Origin: Macrostomum hystrix
Taxonomy: Eukaryota; Animalia; Platyhelminthes
Direction of reading: 5' to 3'
Length of the DNA stretch: 64,000 nt
NCBI GenBank assembly: GCA_950097015.1
Contig: CATNEN010000001.1
Location: forward strand, 12,958,001 to 13,022,000
How positions within the stretch are numbered: the first letter of the stretch is position 1; each line of letters starts with the position of its first letter. Shown in pieces: positions 24,601 to 37,200 of the stretch. The notes beneath the pieces are model-generated. The model saw only the letters and a program-made list of their open reading frames with translations, searched no databases and was not told the origin of the DNA. Both the position numbers and the translations under genes were made by a program.

Positions 24601-25094
24601 AACTGAGATTAATGAGTTAAAATATTTACAGACGATATGATGATTTACGTATTCGTTCATATTCGTTAGAAGTGAAAGTCTTAACGCAAGGCACGTTTTT
24701 CCAAAGAAATTCAAACTTCAGTCAAATCATTTAATCAAAACTTCCTTCTACGACGCAGCAACTTCACGCAGCACAGCTCGAACACTTTTCTTTTCCAAAG
24801 ACTAGCAAACACTTCAAAATTTAAGAGATTACAAAAATAAATTTATAGCATTATCGCATCAGAAGTCCAAAGTTTGTCTGGTCAAGCGAACATGGTGTAC
24901 CGAATCAGCAGAGCAGAGTCCAGCAGCAGAGTACTTTGCTATCATTGCGAAGAGAAGAATGTATTGCCTTGCCTGCAAATGCGGTTTAGATGTTTATCGT
25001 TTGGTTCCACTCAATCTCATCAATCCCATCATCATCATCTCATCTCATCTCATCTCATCTCATCTCAATCTCATCAGTTTGCTTTCATTTACTC

Positions 25095-26031
25095 ACTGTG
25101 AATACTGAGATCCAGATCCAAATCCGGAATCATCAAGAGAGATCGTCTTCTGTAAATTCGATGAAATTTATATTTACGAGCGTATGGTACGAGCGTAGGG
25201 ATTGTATGCATGAAAAAAATAGTATTACCTCCGAATTACCCTGGCGGATTCGGATACGCTTGACACTGCTGGGTAAGTCGATCGTAATCGAATCTTCGGC
25301 TTGAGCTCGGCCGCCGGCAGCAGCAATAGGTGTCAGCAACTTGTCGTCGTGTTCCTCGCGCCATAACTGCATCCGCCTGAGCTCTGAAACATCAGGGTCA
25401 ATGACGCCCAAGGCTGAGGAGCAGCTGAGCGAGACAGATCCGTAGTCACTTTTCCCGGCACCTTTGATGGCTTAAATTGTGCTAACCGGCCAAGAGGACG
25501 CTTCGGTCGCGCGTTGTCCCCAGAAGGTGCAGACCACGGTGAAATTTTATCTATCAGCCAAAAGCACCGTTGTTTTTGGGCAACGGCCATTCTTGGTTGG
25601 GACTTCGCTCGGGCCATCAGTGGACAGTACGACACCCAAAACGTCGACAAGAACTCTGGGAATCGAAACACGGCAAAATATAGCAATAAGTACTTCGGTG
25701 AGCAGGTAAAGTTTTCAGCTACTTCTACGGAATCGCCGCTTTCGACATGTACATTGAGCTCGAAAAAATTGTCTGCGAAGTTGTAGCGCGTGTCCGCCAT
25801 TCTAACTGCGCAACCAGACAGTCTAACGGCATTGCCCACAGCGCACTTCTGCCACGTGTCGTGGAGGCCGCGACCGAAGAAACATACTTTAATTTCGGCA
25901 GTTTCGTCCAACAACAGAACGGAAAATAGGCTTCCGGCGCCCTTCCGGCTTGAATACTCTCGAATCTGCTCAACAAAGAAGTGAAGCACGAGTTTACATG
26001 CAAGTAATAGAGTAATATGACTCGGTGACAT
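25095..26031 (-). pseudogene. Degenerate RPA70-like tandem OB-fold gene (Helitron accessory), paralog of 31573-32965
   Basis: IREYSSRKGAGSLFSVLLLDETAEIKVCFFG and, in a shifted frame with stops, VDVLGVV...VCTFWG. The C-terminal KRIRIRQGNSE matches RRIRVRFGDKE of the intact copy. Confidence 0.75.
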
Positions 26032-27169
26032 ACGTCACAATGTGCAATACAGAGGTGATTAAAGCGCAGTTATGGTTACATTTTTTGTCAACTATAAAAC
26101 AACCTAAGAGAATGCTCGCTTGAATAATATGTTGTACTTTTTCGTATTGTCGGCAGTTCGCCAACGCGGTAGTGGGGGTTCGGGTACGGACCGCCCAAAG
26201 CTTGCCGGGGGTAGAGGGAGGGGAAGCAGCGACCCTCGAGGCGTCCAGACACTCCGAGGAGAGACGGGATGGATTTGGAGCGTACCGACACTCGCTAAGC
26301 CCTGACTGAAGGTTTTGACTGCGAGCGGGTAGACACTCGACAGCCCAAGAGAGAGGTAGATGATGGTCTGGAAGCGTACCGACACTTCGCAGACTCGAGG
26401 AAGACTCTGGAGGAGAAGGATGATGGTGAGCTTTTGGCAGCAGCCGAGGTCGGGCAGAGGAACAAGATTCGATAATAAATAAATAAATAACGCGTGAATG
26501 CTTTTCTTACCGGGAGGGGTTGAACGTTGAACTCATGCAGTAAATTGTGCTTCAGGCTGCGTAGTGTATTATGGATTCTACTTTCTACCGCTTTCCAATC
26601 GCTTCTAACGTTTAAATTAGCTTCGCCAACGTTCTCGCCCTAGTACTCTGGGGGCGCGGGGGCTGGCCACGGGCAGCGCGCGCAAATAAATAACCGCGTG
26701 GGGTGGGGCGAGGGCATAGGGCTGGACGGGGTAGGGCTAAGCCACGCAGGGCTGGGGTGGTAGCAAACAGGGCTGGGCTGGGGTCGGCTGCAAGCCGAGA
26801 GAGAGAGAGAAGGAGACCGGCTAGCCAATCAGAAGTCTCCTTGGCGAGAGGCCTGATTGGACTAGCGAGGACGGCACAGGGGACAGCCAATGGGCGAATG
26901 ACAAACACGCCAAAGGAGGGTGGCCTAAGCCGGGGCCGGGCAGAACCGGATTGAGCAGGCGGCCGGGGTGGAAGGGCTGGAGACGCAGGGGTCGGGGCAA
27001 GGTCGTTATGAGACGCAGCTCACAACAAATATAGTGAAGAACAAGAGTGCGATTGCAACTCGATTGATTACCCTGTAAACTTGACTGAACGCCTACTGTC
27101 TCCATTTCTCAGGCGATTCAACCTACCAAGTGTCAGTGAGGTTGCGGGATGTCATTTTGCATCTGCGAT

Positions 27170-28842
27170 CCTGCAAAATACAACGCATTGACGAGGCGCA
27201 CCGCTCATATGATCCCCTGGAGTACGTGCTCTTTCACCCGTGAAGATGGCTGGCATTTTGGCCTTTCGATGGCCGACAATCGCAAGCTGACCCCCAAAGC
27301 CATGTACTCCTATCAGCTTATGATACGTCCCGGCGTCTTCAATATCCTGCACTACGGCAAGAGGCTTTTTCAGCAATATGTTGTCGATCAGGCAGCGAAG
27401 ATAGAAGCTGAGCGACTCATTTACTTAAAGACGCACCAGAATGACCTCCGCTCAGAGACCTACAGTGGCCTGAAAGATGCGCTGGTTGCATCCGACGTGG
27501 ACCCAGATTGGGCCAGCAAAGTTGGGAACCGTGTCATACTGCCCTCCAGCTTTGTCGGAGGTCCGCGCTATCGGAGAGAGCGTCAACATGATGCTATGGC
27601 TTATGTGCAGCGCTTCGGAAGACCGGATCTTTTCATAACAATGACTGCCAATCCTGCATGGGAGGAGATCACTCAGGAGTTGTTGCCTGGACAAAGCCCG
27701 ATTGATAGACCAGACCTCACAATGCGGGTCTTTGACTTAAAGCAAAAGGCTCTGTTGGATTGCCTACGGACTGCTTTCGGCACTCCGGTCGCACACATGT
27801 GCTCGCTAGAGTTTCAGAAACGAGGTAGGTTTAATTGCACGAGATACAAGCGATATCGAAGTACAGTGTTGTTTGTCAGCCAGTCCCTGCCAGACTGCTT
27901 CTCTCAGCCAGTCTCCCAGTCTCTGTCAGACTGTTTCTCTCAGCCAGTCTCTGTCAGACTGTTTCTCTCAGCCAGTCTCTGTCAGACTGTTTCTCTCAGC
28001 CAGTCTCTGTCAGACTGTTTCTCTCAGCCAGTCTCTGTCAGACTGTTTCTCTCAGCCAGTCTCTGTCAGACTGTTTCTCTCAGCCAGTCTCTGTCAGACT
28101 GTTTCTCTCAGCCAGTCTCTGTCAGACTGTTTCTCTCAGCCAGTCTCTGTCAGACTGTTTCTCTCAGCCAGTCTCTGTCAGACTGTTTCTCTCAGCCAGT
28201 CCCTGCCAGACTGTTTCTCTCAGCCAGTCTCCCAGTCTCTGTCAGACTGTTTCTCTCAGCCAGTCTCTGTCCGACTGTTTGTCTCAGCCAGTCTCTGCCA
28301 GACTGTTTCTCTCAGCCAGTCCCTGCCAGACTGTTTCTCTCAGCCAGTCTCCCAGTCTCTGTCAGACTGTTTCTCTCAGCCAGTCTCTGCCAGACTGTTT
28401 CTCTCAGCCAGTCTCTGCCAGACTGTTTCTCTCAGCCAGTCTCTGTCAGACTGTTTCTCTCAGCCAGTCTCTGTCAGACTGTTTCTCTCAGCCAGTCTCT
28501 GTCAGACTGTTTCTCTCAGCCAGTCTCTGTCAGCCAGTGTCGGTTAGCTATTTTTGTCTGTTTTCTGCAACTGTGAGTTTCTGGTCTTCTACTAAACTAC
28601 GGGTACTCTCCCTGTCTCTCTCTTCAGGTCTACCACACGTTCATGTACTTCTGTGGTTGGCACAAGAGGACAAGATCACACCAGACCGCTACGATGAGGT
28701 TGTGTGCGCTGAAATTGCTAGCGCTGACGATGATCCAGAGTTGCACAAGCTGGTTGTCGATAACATGTTGCATGGGCCATGCGGAGAAATTAATCCTCGT
28801 TGTGTTTGCATGGTAACAGGAGCTTGCAGCAAAAGTTTCCAC
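27170..28842 (+). pseudogene. Helitron Rep (HUH) fragment of a plus-strand RepHel
   Basis: LFQQYVVD, LPSSFVGGPRY, PDLFITMTANP, EFQKRG, then intron 27825-28627, then LPHVHVLLWL...MLHGPCG. Truncated after CSKSF. Confidence 0.9.
27877..28537. repeat. 28-bp minisatellite (CAGCCAGTCTCTGTCAGACTGTTTCTCT)n inside the Rep intron
   Basis: Period of 28 read directly (27941, 27969, ...); lies between the GT donor and AG acceptor. Confidence 0.95.
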
Positions 28843-28844
28843 CT

Positions 28845-29222
28845 TTATATTTTAAAGTCATATTCGCGTCTTTTTCGGGTGCGTCGCGGGCGAGCGTTGC
28901 GCTGATATAACCAATAAATACTTTCGTAGTAAGATAATTCGAAAAAATATAATTTAAATCGTTCCGGCTACAATCATTAAAATTGGCAGTGGTATGCACG
29001 TTGACAAAATTGGCTCTGATGTAATGCATTAAAAATCCTATCTAAAACAGTTTTTCAAATATTTAATCCCCTTGGCAATGGAAATAAGCTTAATAAAAAT
29101 ACGTGTATATGTGTCCCCATATTTGACATCTTTTGGTGAAGAAATGGTGAAAATCGGTTGAGCCGTTCGGGAGAAAATCAATTACAACCAACCAAGCAAC
29201 CATTTCATTTTTAGTATATAAA
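28845..29222 (-). mobile_element. Truncated Helitron 5' end
   Basis: 29050-29220 is near-identical to 49525-49690 and directly abuts the CTAG 3' end at 29223. Confidence 0.75.
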
Positions 29223-30034
29223 CTAGCAAGTTTTGCCCCCCTTCGGGGAGCAGAAATAATTAATATTCGTCTAATATATACCTTTTAGCAGGAGTACTTT
29301 AAGTGTCTTTCTTAAGCTTAAGGTTAAAATATGAATTTTTGGAGATCGTTAATAACGCATTTTAGGTAAAACAAAACTATCAACTTTTTACAGTTTTTTA
29401 GTTTAGAGCTCTGTATATGTCAACGTGTTTGATAAAAATTATCTTATTTATTTTATTCATAAAACTGTTAAGAGCACTTTTTTAGTTGTTACTTAAAATA
29501 AATCAAATGTTATTCCAAGAAATTGCGACTTTCCGAGAAATTACTTGCTTTATTCCGATTTTCTTGTTGCTTGTATTGCTCATGTCGTCATGTGTACTAC
29601 AGTTTTATACACATCCCGAGAAATTTTTTACTTTCTTCATTTGTAAGTGAATTTCTTAGCCCTGCTCATCGTACTAACTGCGACTGCAATGTTCCGAACA
29701 ATAAGTAGCTCAGCATTGCAACTATTGCCCTTGATTGAGGCAATAAATGACTTAAAGAGTCAGTTCAATGCAGCTATCTCATTGTGAATGGACTTTGCAA
29801 AAGCAACTGGAGCTACATCCTTCGACCTTTGGTTTGACACTTTTAATAAAGCTAACATAGGCTATATATAGGCATGATATATGATATATATTATCATGCT
29901 AAATTCCCCCTTTCTTTTCTAGTCGCACTCCTCAGCAGACTTCTCTTTTCTTATATGCCTCATACACATTGTCAAATCTTATTTTGAATCAAATCCTATA
30001 TGACATAAAAGTCTATTTCAAATTAGATCCCATT

Positions 30035-31541
30035 TTGATAGTTCAAAATGGTTAGCTAATATCAATGGCTAATTAAGTATCAATGGATCAATTTCTAATC
30101 TCCTTTCTTTTTCTTAATGATTCCAGTTCTGATCAGATCCTATTTCTCATCTGACCTCTTTTCTTAGTAATCCATTTTGTATCATTCTTCATTATAAATG
30201 CATGCCTGACAATTTATCTTTTAAAATAGAATAAGGCAGGTACCAGGTGTGCAGATTCATGAATCATGGGACTGGTCTTTGTCCACTGAAACATTTTTTG
30301 TATTTCTTCAATTGCATAACACATTGAAAACAACAAAACAACAACAATTGAGTGAGCATCTGACAAATTTATTATTATACAAATACATATCATTATGACG
30401 TTATAAGAAAACAAACTCCAAATGTAGAGAATTCAGTTCAATGAAAAAAGAAAAAATTGCATTGCACCTAAAAATATTACCCACAAACAGTAAACATGAT
30501 GAACTTGCAGAAGGCTCCGCCAACAAGACAGTATCATTGCACAGTTCATTGCATTTGACTGCAAGAATAATGGTGTCAATCCTACTGCTTGTTGGCTTGC
30601 TTTACTCTGCACTGCTGGTCAGAGGCATTCACTGGGGCAAGTTAAGTTCACGCACTCAACGTCACACAAAAAGCTTAGCTATCACAAGAGTCTCTAGGTT
30701 TGCTGAAGCTGCTTCAAACCTCTCATGGCTGCATACCCTCAGTTTTAGAGTGGAAGAACCTCTGAATCGTGATAAGCAGCGAACACGTTATTTCAACCAC
30801 AATCTCAAGGCCCATTGATATGCAGCCAACCTGCTATATATTCACCTAATATTTACCTACATTAATTTCACTATTACTTATTAACTTTCATGGCACAACT
30901 AAATTGGGATCCGATTGTATCCGATCCTATTCTGGTTTGCCTTGATCTCAATCTAGTTATGCGAGGATCTCAATTTAGTTATGCAATAATCCCATTTTAG
31001 TTACGCCAAAAGATCCCAATTTAGCTAAGCAATGATCTCAGTTCTATTATGCAATGAACCCAATTTAGCTAAGCAATGATCTCAGTTCTGTTACGCCACA
31101 AACAAAATTTAGCTAAGCAATGATCTCAGTTCTGTTATGCTATGAACCCAATTTAGCTAAGCAAAAAAATGATCTCACTTCTATTATGGAATAAACCCAA
31201 TTTAGCTAAGCAAAATGATCTCACTTCTGTTATGCCACAAACACAATTTAGCTAAGCAATGATCTCCGTTCTGTTATGCCACAAACACAATTTAGCTAAG
31301 CAATGATCTCAGTTCTGTTATGCAATGAACCCAATTTAGCTAATCATTTTGCTCAGCTAATCCCTGATCCCAATTCCATTATGATCCCATCTAATTTGAA
31401 TTTATTAGGTGAATAAAGCAGGATTTGCCTGATATGTCTCATCGGGCCATTTTATACATATCAGGAGAAACTGCTTGTGATCACTATTAAACACAGATAA
31501 TGCGACACTGGCAGACAAACATGTACACAAGCAATACTCAC
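30035..31541. repeat. Duplicated module, copy A (unique block of about 0.9 kb, 42-bp satellite, donor-proximal block of about 200 bp)
   Basis: 30035-30960 equals 34291-35218 (offset 4256, identical ORF translations); 31335-31541 is homologous to 38168-38375. Confidence 0.92.
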
Positions 31542-31572
31542 GTTAATTGCATCTTCATTAGTCTTTCAAGTC

Positions 31573-32965
31573 TTACTCGTCCATGTAATCATGTGATGGT
31601 CCAGGCTTCTCGGACACATTGGGCGCCTTAGGGGTTGACATAGCCGGTATCTGCTGACTCCTGTAGATTTGATCTCGAGAAAAAGTCACCTGTGAAAGGA
31701 AATTTATATATACCTAATTAATTTTTTTTATTGTTTTTTAAATGCATAAACGTAATCTTTAGAGACAAAAGGCCTCATCGAACCAGTTAATAATGAATCT
31801 AAGCAGTCAATCACCTAATGCTTCTTTATAGTAGGTTCTCTGACATCATGTTACTATTTAACCCACACGAAATAAAATCAACTTACCTCTTTGTCCCCAA
31901 ATCGCACTCTAATTCTTCGCAACTCATCGAATTGGTTGAACATTCGCTCTGGGTACTGCAATACCATTTCGTCGTCACGGATAGCATTTTTCTCCCGCTG
32001 GGAGCTTTGCGTCACGCGTAGCTCCTCGAAGCACTGTTGGCTAGAAACCGCATCCTTGTACCACTGGGTAATGTCGGAGACATCAGCAGAGTCTTCTGGC
32101 CAATGCTGAATTTCCGCTTTCGAACATCCGAGACTGATTGTCTGAGAATATTCCTGGACTTGAGCACCATGAATCGCTAGAACGTCGCCCACAGACCAGT
32201 CATTCACTTGGGCAGTAGAGCTGGACCAAAATGTGCACGACACGGAGGACCCAGACTGATCAACAAGCGTCACTTTCGCCAGGTTGACAAGTTTTCCGGA
32301 ACCGGTTTTAACTTCCGTTGGTTTCTGGACAGCAGAAATCGTGCCATAGACGTTAACATTCCTGAGATATGTGAGGCAAAGGGTGAATTTACAAGAATGC
32401 ATTAACTCATTCACTAAGCAACTTCACTGACTGATTTAAATAAGTTTTCCTAGAAATAATTGGCTAACCTAACAATTAGTGCGAATAAATATTCCAAATC
32501 CTTTCCATTTATTTTTAACAATTGCAACAAGTTAACTTACATTTTCATTTCACAGTCCGAAATCTCTTTTATCTTCTTATAGCCCGGTGCACGTCGAGTG
32601 ACGGTCTCGAGGGTCCTCACAATGGTTCCACTTTGGTCAATTGAAACTGTTAGCTCGTGCTCATTGTCCGTAGTGCTGTACCTGGGATCCGCCTTCTTCA
32701 CCCAGCCGCCGGATATGCGGACGGCGACGCCCTCACGACACACCTCCAGGAAAGGCTTAAGATCCTTTCCGAACACGCTTACACGTATATCGCCGGTGTC
32801 GTCACAGAGGATAAAGGAAAACACTTGGCCTGGTCCTCTTTTGCCTTCAAAGTCCTTGATTTTGGACAGCCTCATTACGAGGCCAACGATTGCAGCGTGC
32901 ATCAGGCCCGGAAGCAGAGCAGAGATACACGCTTTGCTTTTCTTGGCTCCTTCGGTTGACTCCAT
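31573..32965 (-). CDS. RPA70-like ssDNA-binding protein (two OB folds), 3 exons, about 338 aa
   Basis: Exons 32965-32541, 32361-31887 and 31689-31573 with GT-AG boundaries and compatible phases (1017 nt). Motifs GQVFSFILCDDTGDIRVSVFG and VNVYGTI...TLVDQSGSSVSCTFW. Confidence 0.85.
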
Positions 32966-33786
32966 ATTGCTCGATTGATAGTTGTCAAAAATATGGATTA
33001 TAAAAATTTCACTGATAAGGTCTTTACGGCTTGTGGTTTGATAGTTTTAGCATCAAGGCCAATTGTGCCAGTTTATATTGCAGCATTTCGGACAACCCCA
33101 ACTGTGATGACTCATGCCAATAGAGGGTGCCATGTAAAGATCAATAATTAGATCTGGCTAACCAATCAGAGAGAGTTTTGTTCTAAAATTTCTAATCCAC
33201 CCACTGGGCTACTTGTTGTGGATTGCCTTAGCTTTTACGTTCTTTCTTTATGTACAGTGTGGGGTGTCAAAGTCGAGTGTGGTGCGACTTGTTATGTAAT
33301 CTGTTTTCGACACACTTCAATAATAGGACACCAAAAACATCTTATATCTACAGTGTAATTGGGGTGCAAGTGCGGCGTGTGGCTATAATGAGGCTAAAAA
33401 TAGAGGGTTTCAAGTCAGCCAATAGCAGTTAGGTGCATTCAATAAAAGTTATTTCATTAAAGTGCCACCGCAAGCCCCAACCTAGCGAGACTTTTCAGTA
33501 ATCATCACAAACAGCTAAAGCCTCATGAAGCTCACCAATGAAGCCTTACCCAATTTTAACTGGGGTTGGGGTGGCCCTAAGCTGGAATTCATTTTTGCCC
33601 AAGCTGAAACGGGCTTTAAAAAATGAATTGAGTTTCGATTGGTTTACAAACCAATCTCGCTAATCCTTGGCTTGGCTTGAGTGAGCGCATATAAACCAGA
33701 GTGAGCGTACGTCAGGTCGCAAACCATTAAGAATTCTATTCAACCAATCTATTCTACAGCGTCTACAATTCGAATTCGTATACAAT
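32966..33786. promoter_or_regulatory. Putative bidirectional promoter between RPA and the zinc-knuckle ORF
   Basis: Outward-facing TATAAA on the minus strand at about 33075 and on the plus strand at about 33690; several CCAAT boxes (33117, 33162, 33419, 33651). Confidence 0.45.
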
Positions 33787-34086
33787 ATGAAAATCAATCA
33801 GTTTTACAGCAGCGGTGGCAACGGTGGCAACAGCCGGCGACGCCGAGGTGGGGGCCAGCGGCCTCTATCGTGCTTTCTTTGCGCGGGGCCACACACAGTG
33901 GCCCGCTGCCCTGCCGTCGCACAAGTGCGGCAGCAGCAGCAGCAGCAGCAGCCGCAGCAGCAGCAGCCGCAGCAGCAGCCGCAGCAGCAGCAGCCGCAGC
34001 AGCAGCAGCAGCCGCAGCAGCAGCTACTACTTGGAATTGGAACGAGGCTGCAGCAGCAGCTGCAGCAGCAGCAGCCTAACAAATAA
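33787..34086 (+). CDS. Small CCHC zinc-knuckle protein with an RG-rich N-terminus and polyQ tail, 99 aa
   Basis: RRRRGGG then CFLCAGPHTVARC (C-x2-C-x3-H-x4-C) and a CAG/CCG repeat. TATA upstream; AATAAA at and after the stop. Confidence 0.55.
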   Translation: MKINQFYSSGGNGGNSRRRRGGGQRPLSCFLCAGPHTVARCPAVAQVRQQQQQQQPQQQQPQQQPQQQQPQQQQQPQQQLLLGIGTRLQQQLQQQQPNK

Positions 34087-34290
34087 ATCCCAATCCTAAA
34101 TTCTATTCTACAACGTCTACAATTCGAATTCGTCTACATTGTGCAAATTGTGCAAATTCCCCAATTGTGCAAATAAATTGAATCGAATTAATATTCACTG
34201 GAGAAATAATTGTTTCGTGTTGCTTTTCCTTATTTCCTACTGAAAATGAGAAACTTAATTGACACAGCTCATTGCAGTTCAAAATTCAAA

Positions 34291-37200
34291 TTGATAGTTC
34301 AAAATGGTTAGCTAATATCAATGGCTAATTAAGTATCAATGGATCAATTTCTAATCTCCTTTCTTTTTCTTAATGATTCCAGTTGTGATCAGATCCTATT
34401 TCTCATCTGACCTCTTTTCTTAGTAATCCATTTTGTATCATTCTTCATTATAAATGCATGCCTGACAATTTATCTTTTAAAATAGAATAAGGCAGGTACC
34501 AGGTGTGCAGATTCATGAATCATGGGACTGGTCTTTGTCCACTGAAACATTTTTTGTATTTCTTCAATTGCATAACACATTGAAAACAACAAAACAACAA
34601 CAATTGAGTGAGCATCTGACAAATTTATTATTATACAAATACATATCATTATGACGTTATAAGAAAACAAACTCCAAATGTAGAGAATTCAGTTCAATGA
34701 AAAAAGAAAAAATTGCATTGCACCTAAAAATATTACCCACAAACAGTAAACATGATGAACTTGCAGAAGGCTCCGCCAACAAGACAGTATCATTGCACAG
34801 TTCATTGCATTTGACTGCAAGAATAATGGTGTCAATCCTACTGCTTGTTGGCTTGCTTTACTCTGCACTGCTGGTCAGAGGCATTCACTGGGGCAAGTTA
34901 AGTTCACGCACTCAACGTCACACAAAAAGCTTAGCTATCACAAGAGTCTCTAGGTTTGCTGAAGCTGCTTCAAACCTCTCATGGCTGCATACCCTCAGTT
35001 TTAGAGTGGAAGAACCTCTGAATCGTGATAAGCAGCGAACACGTTATTTCAACCACAATCTCAAGGCCCATTGATATGCAGCCAACCTGCTATATATTCA
35101 CCTAATATTTACCTACATTAATTTCACTATTACTTATTAACTTTCATGGCACAACTAAATTGGGATCCGATTGTATCCGATCCTATTCTGGTTTGCCTTG
35201 ATCTCAATCTAGTTATGCAATGATCTCAATCTAGTTATGCGAGGATCTCAATTTAGTTATGCAATAAACCCATTTTAGTTACACCAAAAGATCCCAATTT
35301 AGCTAAGCAATGATCTCAGTTCTGCTACGCCACAAACAAAATTTAGCTAAGCAATGATCTCAGTTCTGTTATGCTATGAACCCAATTTAGCTATTGGGTT
35401 GGGAACCCAATTGGCTATTGGGAACCCAATCCGATCCTATTCTGGTTTGCCTTGATCCCAACTCGTAGCAGAAAATTTTCATTACCTTACGGACGCCCCT
35501 CTTACTAATCATAATTCTGGTAAACAATGAATCCAATTTTCCATTCTTCAATGATCCCATTCGTATCATGCCATGAGCCCAATTTCATTATGCGATAATT
35601 CCAATTCTGGTTTGCTATGATCCCAATTTAGTATGCAAGGATCCCAACTTAGTTATGCCAAATGATCCCAATTACGCTAAGCCATGATCTTAGTTCTGTT
35701 ATGCAATGAACCCAATTAGGCTAAGCAATGATCTCACTTCTGTTATGCCACAAACACAATTTAGCTAAGCAATGATCTCACTTCTGTTATGCCACAAACA
35801 CAATTTAGCTAAGCAATGATCTCACTTCTGTTACGCCACAAACACAATTTAGCTAAGCAATGATTTGGGATTGATATATAAGATTCTGTGAATTTAGGAT
35901 TGGGATCTAAGAGATTCTATGAATTTAGGATTGGAATCTAAGAGATTCTATGAATTTAGGATTGGGATCTAAGAGATTCTGTGAATTTAGGATTGGGATC
36001 TAAGAGATTCAATAAATTTAGGATTGGGATCTAAGAGATTCTATGAATTTAGGATTGGGATCTAAGAGATTCTATGAATTTAGCATTGGGATCTAAGAGA
36101 TTCTATGAATTTAGGATTGGGATCTAAGAGATTCTGTGAATTTATGATTGGGATCTAAGAGATTTTGTGAATTTAGGATTGGGATTTAAGAGATTCAATG
36201 AATTTAGGATTGGGATCTATGAGATTAGGATTGGGATCTAAGAGATCCAATGAATTGAGGATTGGGATATAAGAGATTCTATGAATTTAGGATTGGGATC
36301 TAAGAGATTCTGTGAATTTAGGATTGGGATCTCAGAGGTTCTATGAATTTAGGATTGGGATCTAAGAGGTTCTATGAATTTAGGATTGGGATCTAAGAGA
36401 TTCTGTGAATTTAGCATTGGGATCTAAGAGATTCTATGAATTTATGATTGGGATCTAAGAGATTCTATGAATTTAGGATTGGGATATAAGAGATTCTGTG
36501 AATTTAGGATTGGGATCTAAGAGATTCAATGAATTTAGGATTGGGATCTAAGAGATTCTGTGAATTTAGGATTGGGATCTAAGAGATTCTGTGAATTTAG
36601 GATTGGGATCTAAGAGATTCTATGAATTTAGGATTGGGATATAAGAGATTCTATGAATTTAGGATTGGGATCTAAAAGATTCTATGAATTTAGGATTGGG
36701 ATCTAAGAGATTCTGTGAATTTAGGATTGGGATCTAAGAGATTTTGTGAATTTAGCATTGGGATATAAGAGATTCTATGAATTTAGGATTGGGATATAAG
36801 AGATTCTATGAATTTAGGATTGGGATATATCTCTTATATCTCTTGTGAATTTAGAATTGGGATCTAAGAGATTCTGTGAATTTAGGATTGGGATATAAGA
36901 GATTCTATGAATTTAGGATTGGGATCTAAGAGATTCTATGAATTTAGGATTGGGATATAAGAGATTCTATGAATTTAGCATTGGGATCTAAGAGATTCTA
37001 TGAATTTAGGATTGGGATATAAGAGATTCTATGAATTTAGGATTGGGATCTAAGAGATTCTGTGAATTTAGGATTGGGATCTAAGAGATTCTATGAATTT
37101 AGCATTGGGATCTAAGAGATTCTATGAATTTAGGATTGGGATATAAGAGATTCTATGAATTTAGGATTGGGATCTAAGAGATTCTGTGAATTTAGGATTG

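Noticed and set aside
27835-28905. SQPVSVRLFLSASLCQT repeat proteins
   Set aside because: Translation of an intronic 28-bp minisatellite; splicing restores QKRG-LPHVH.
30214-30818. Identical 66-aa and 125-aa ORFs repeated at 34470-35074
   Set aside because: The identity reflects DNA duplication; no recognisable domain or coding signal.
33804-34099. Poly-Cys, poly-Ser and poly-Ala ORFs
   Set aside because: Alternative frames of the CAG repeat.
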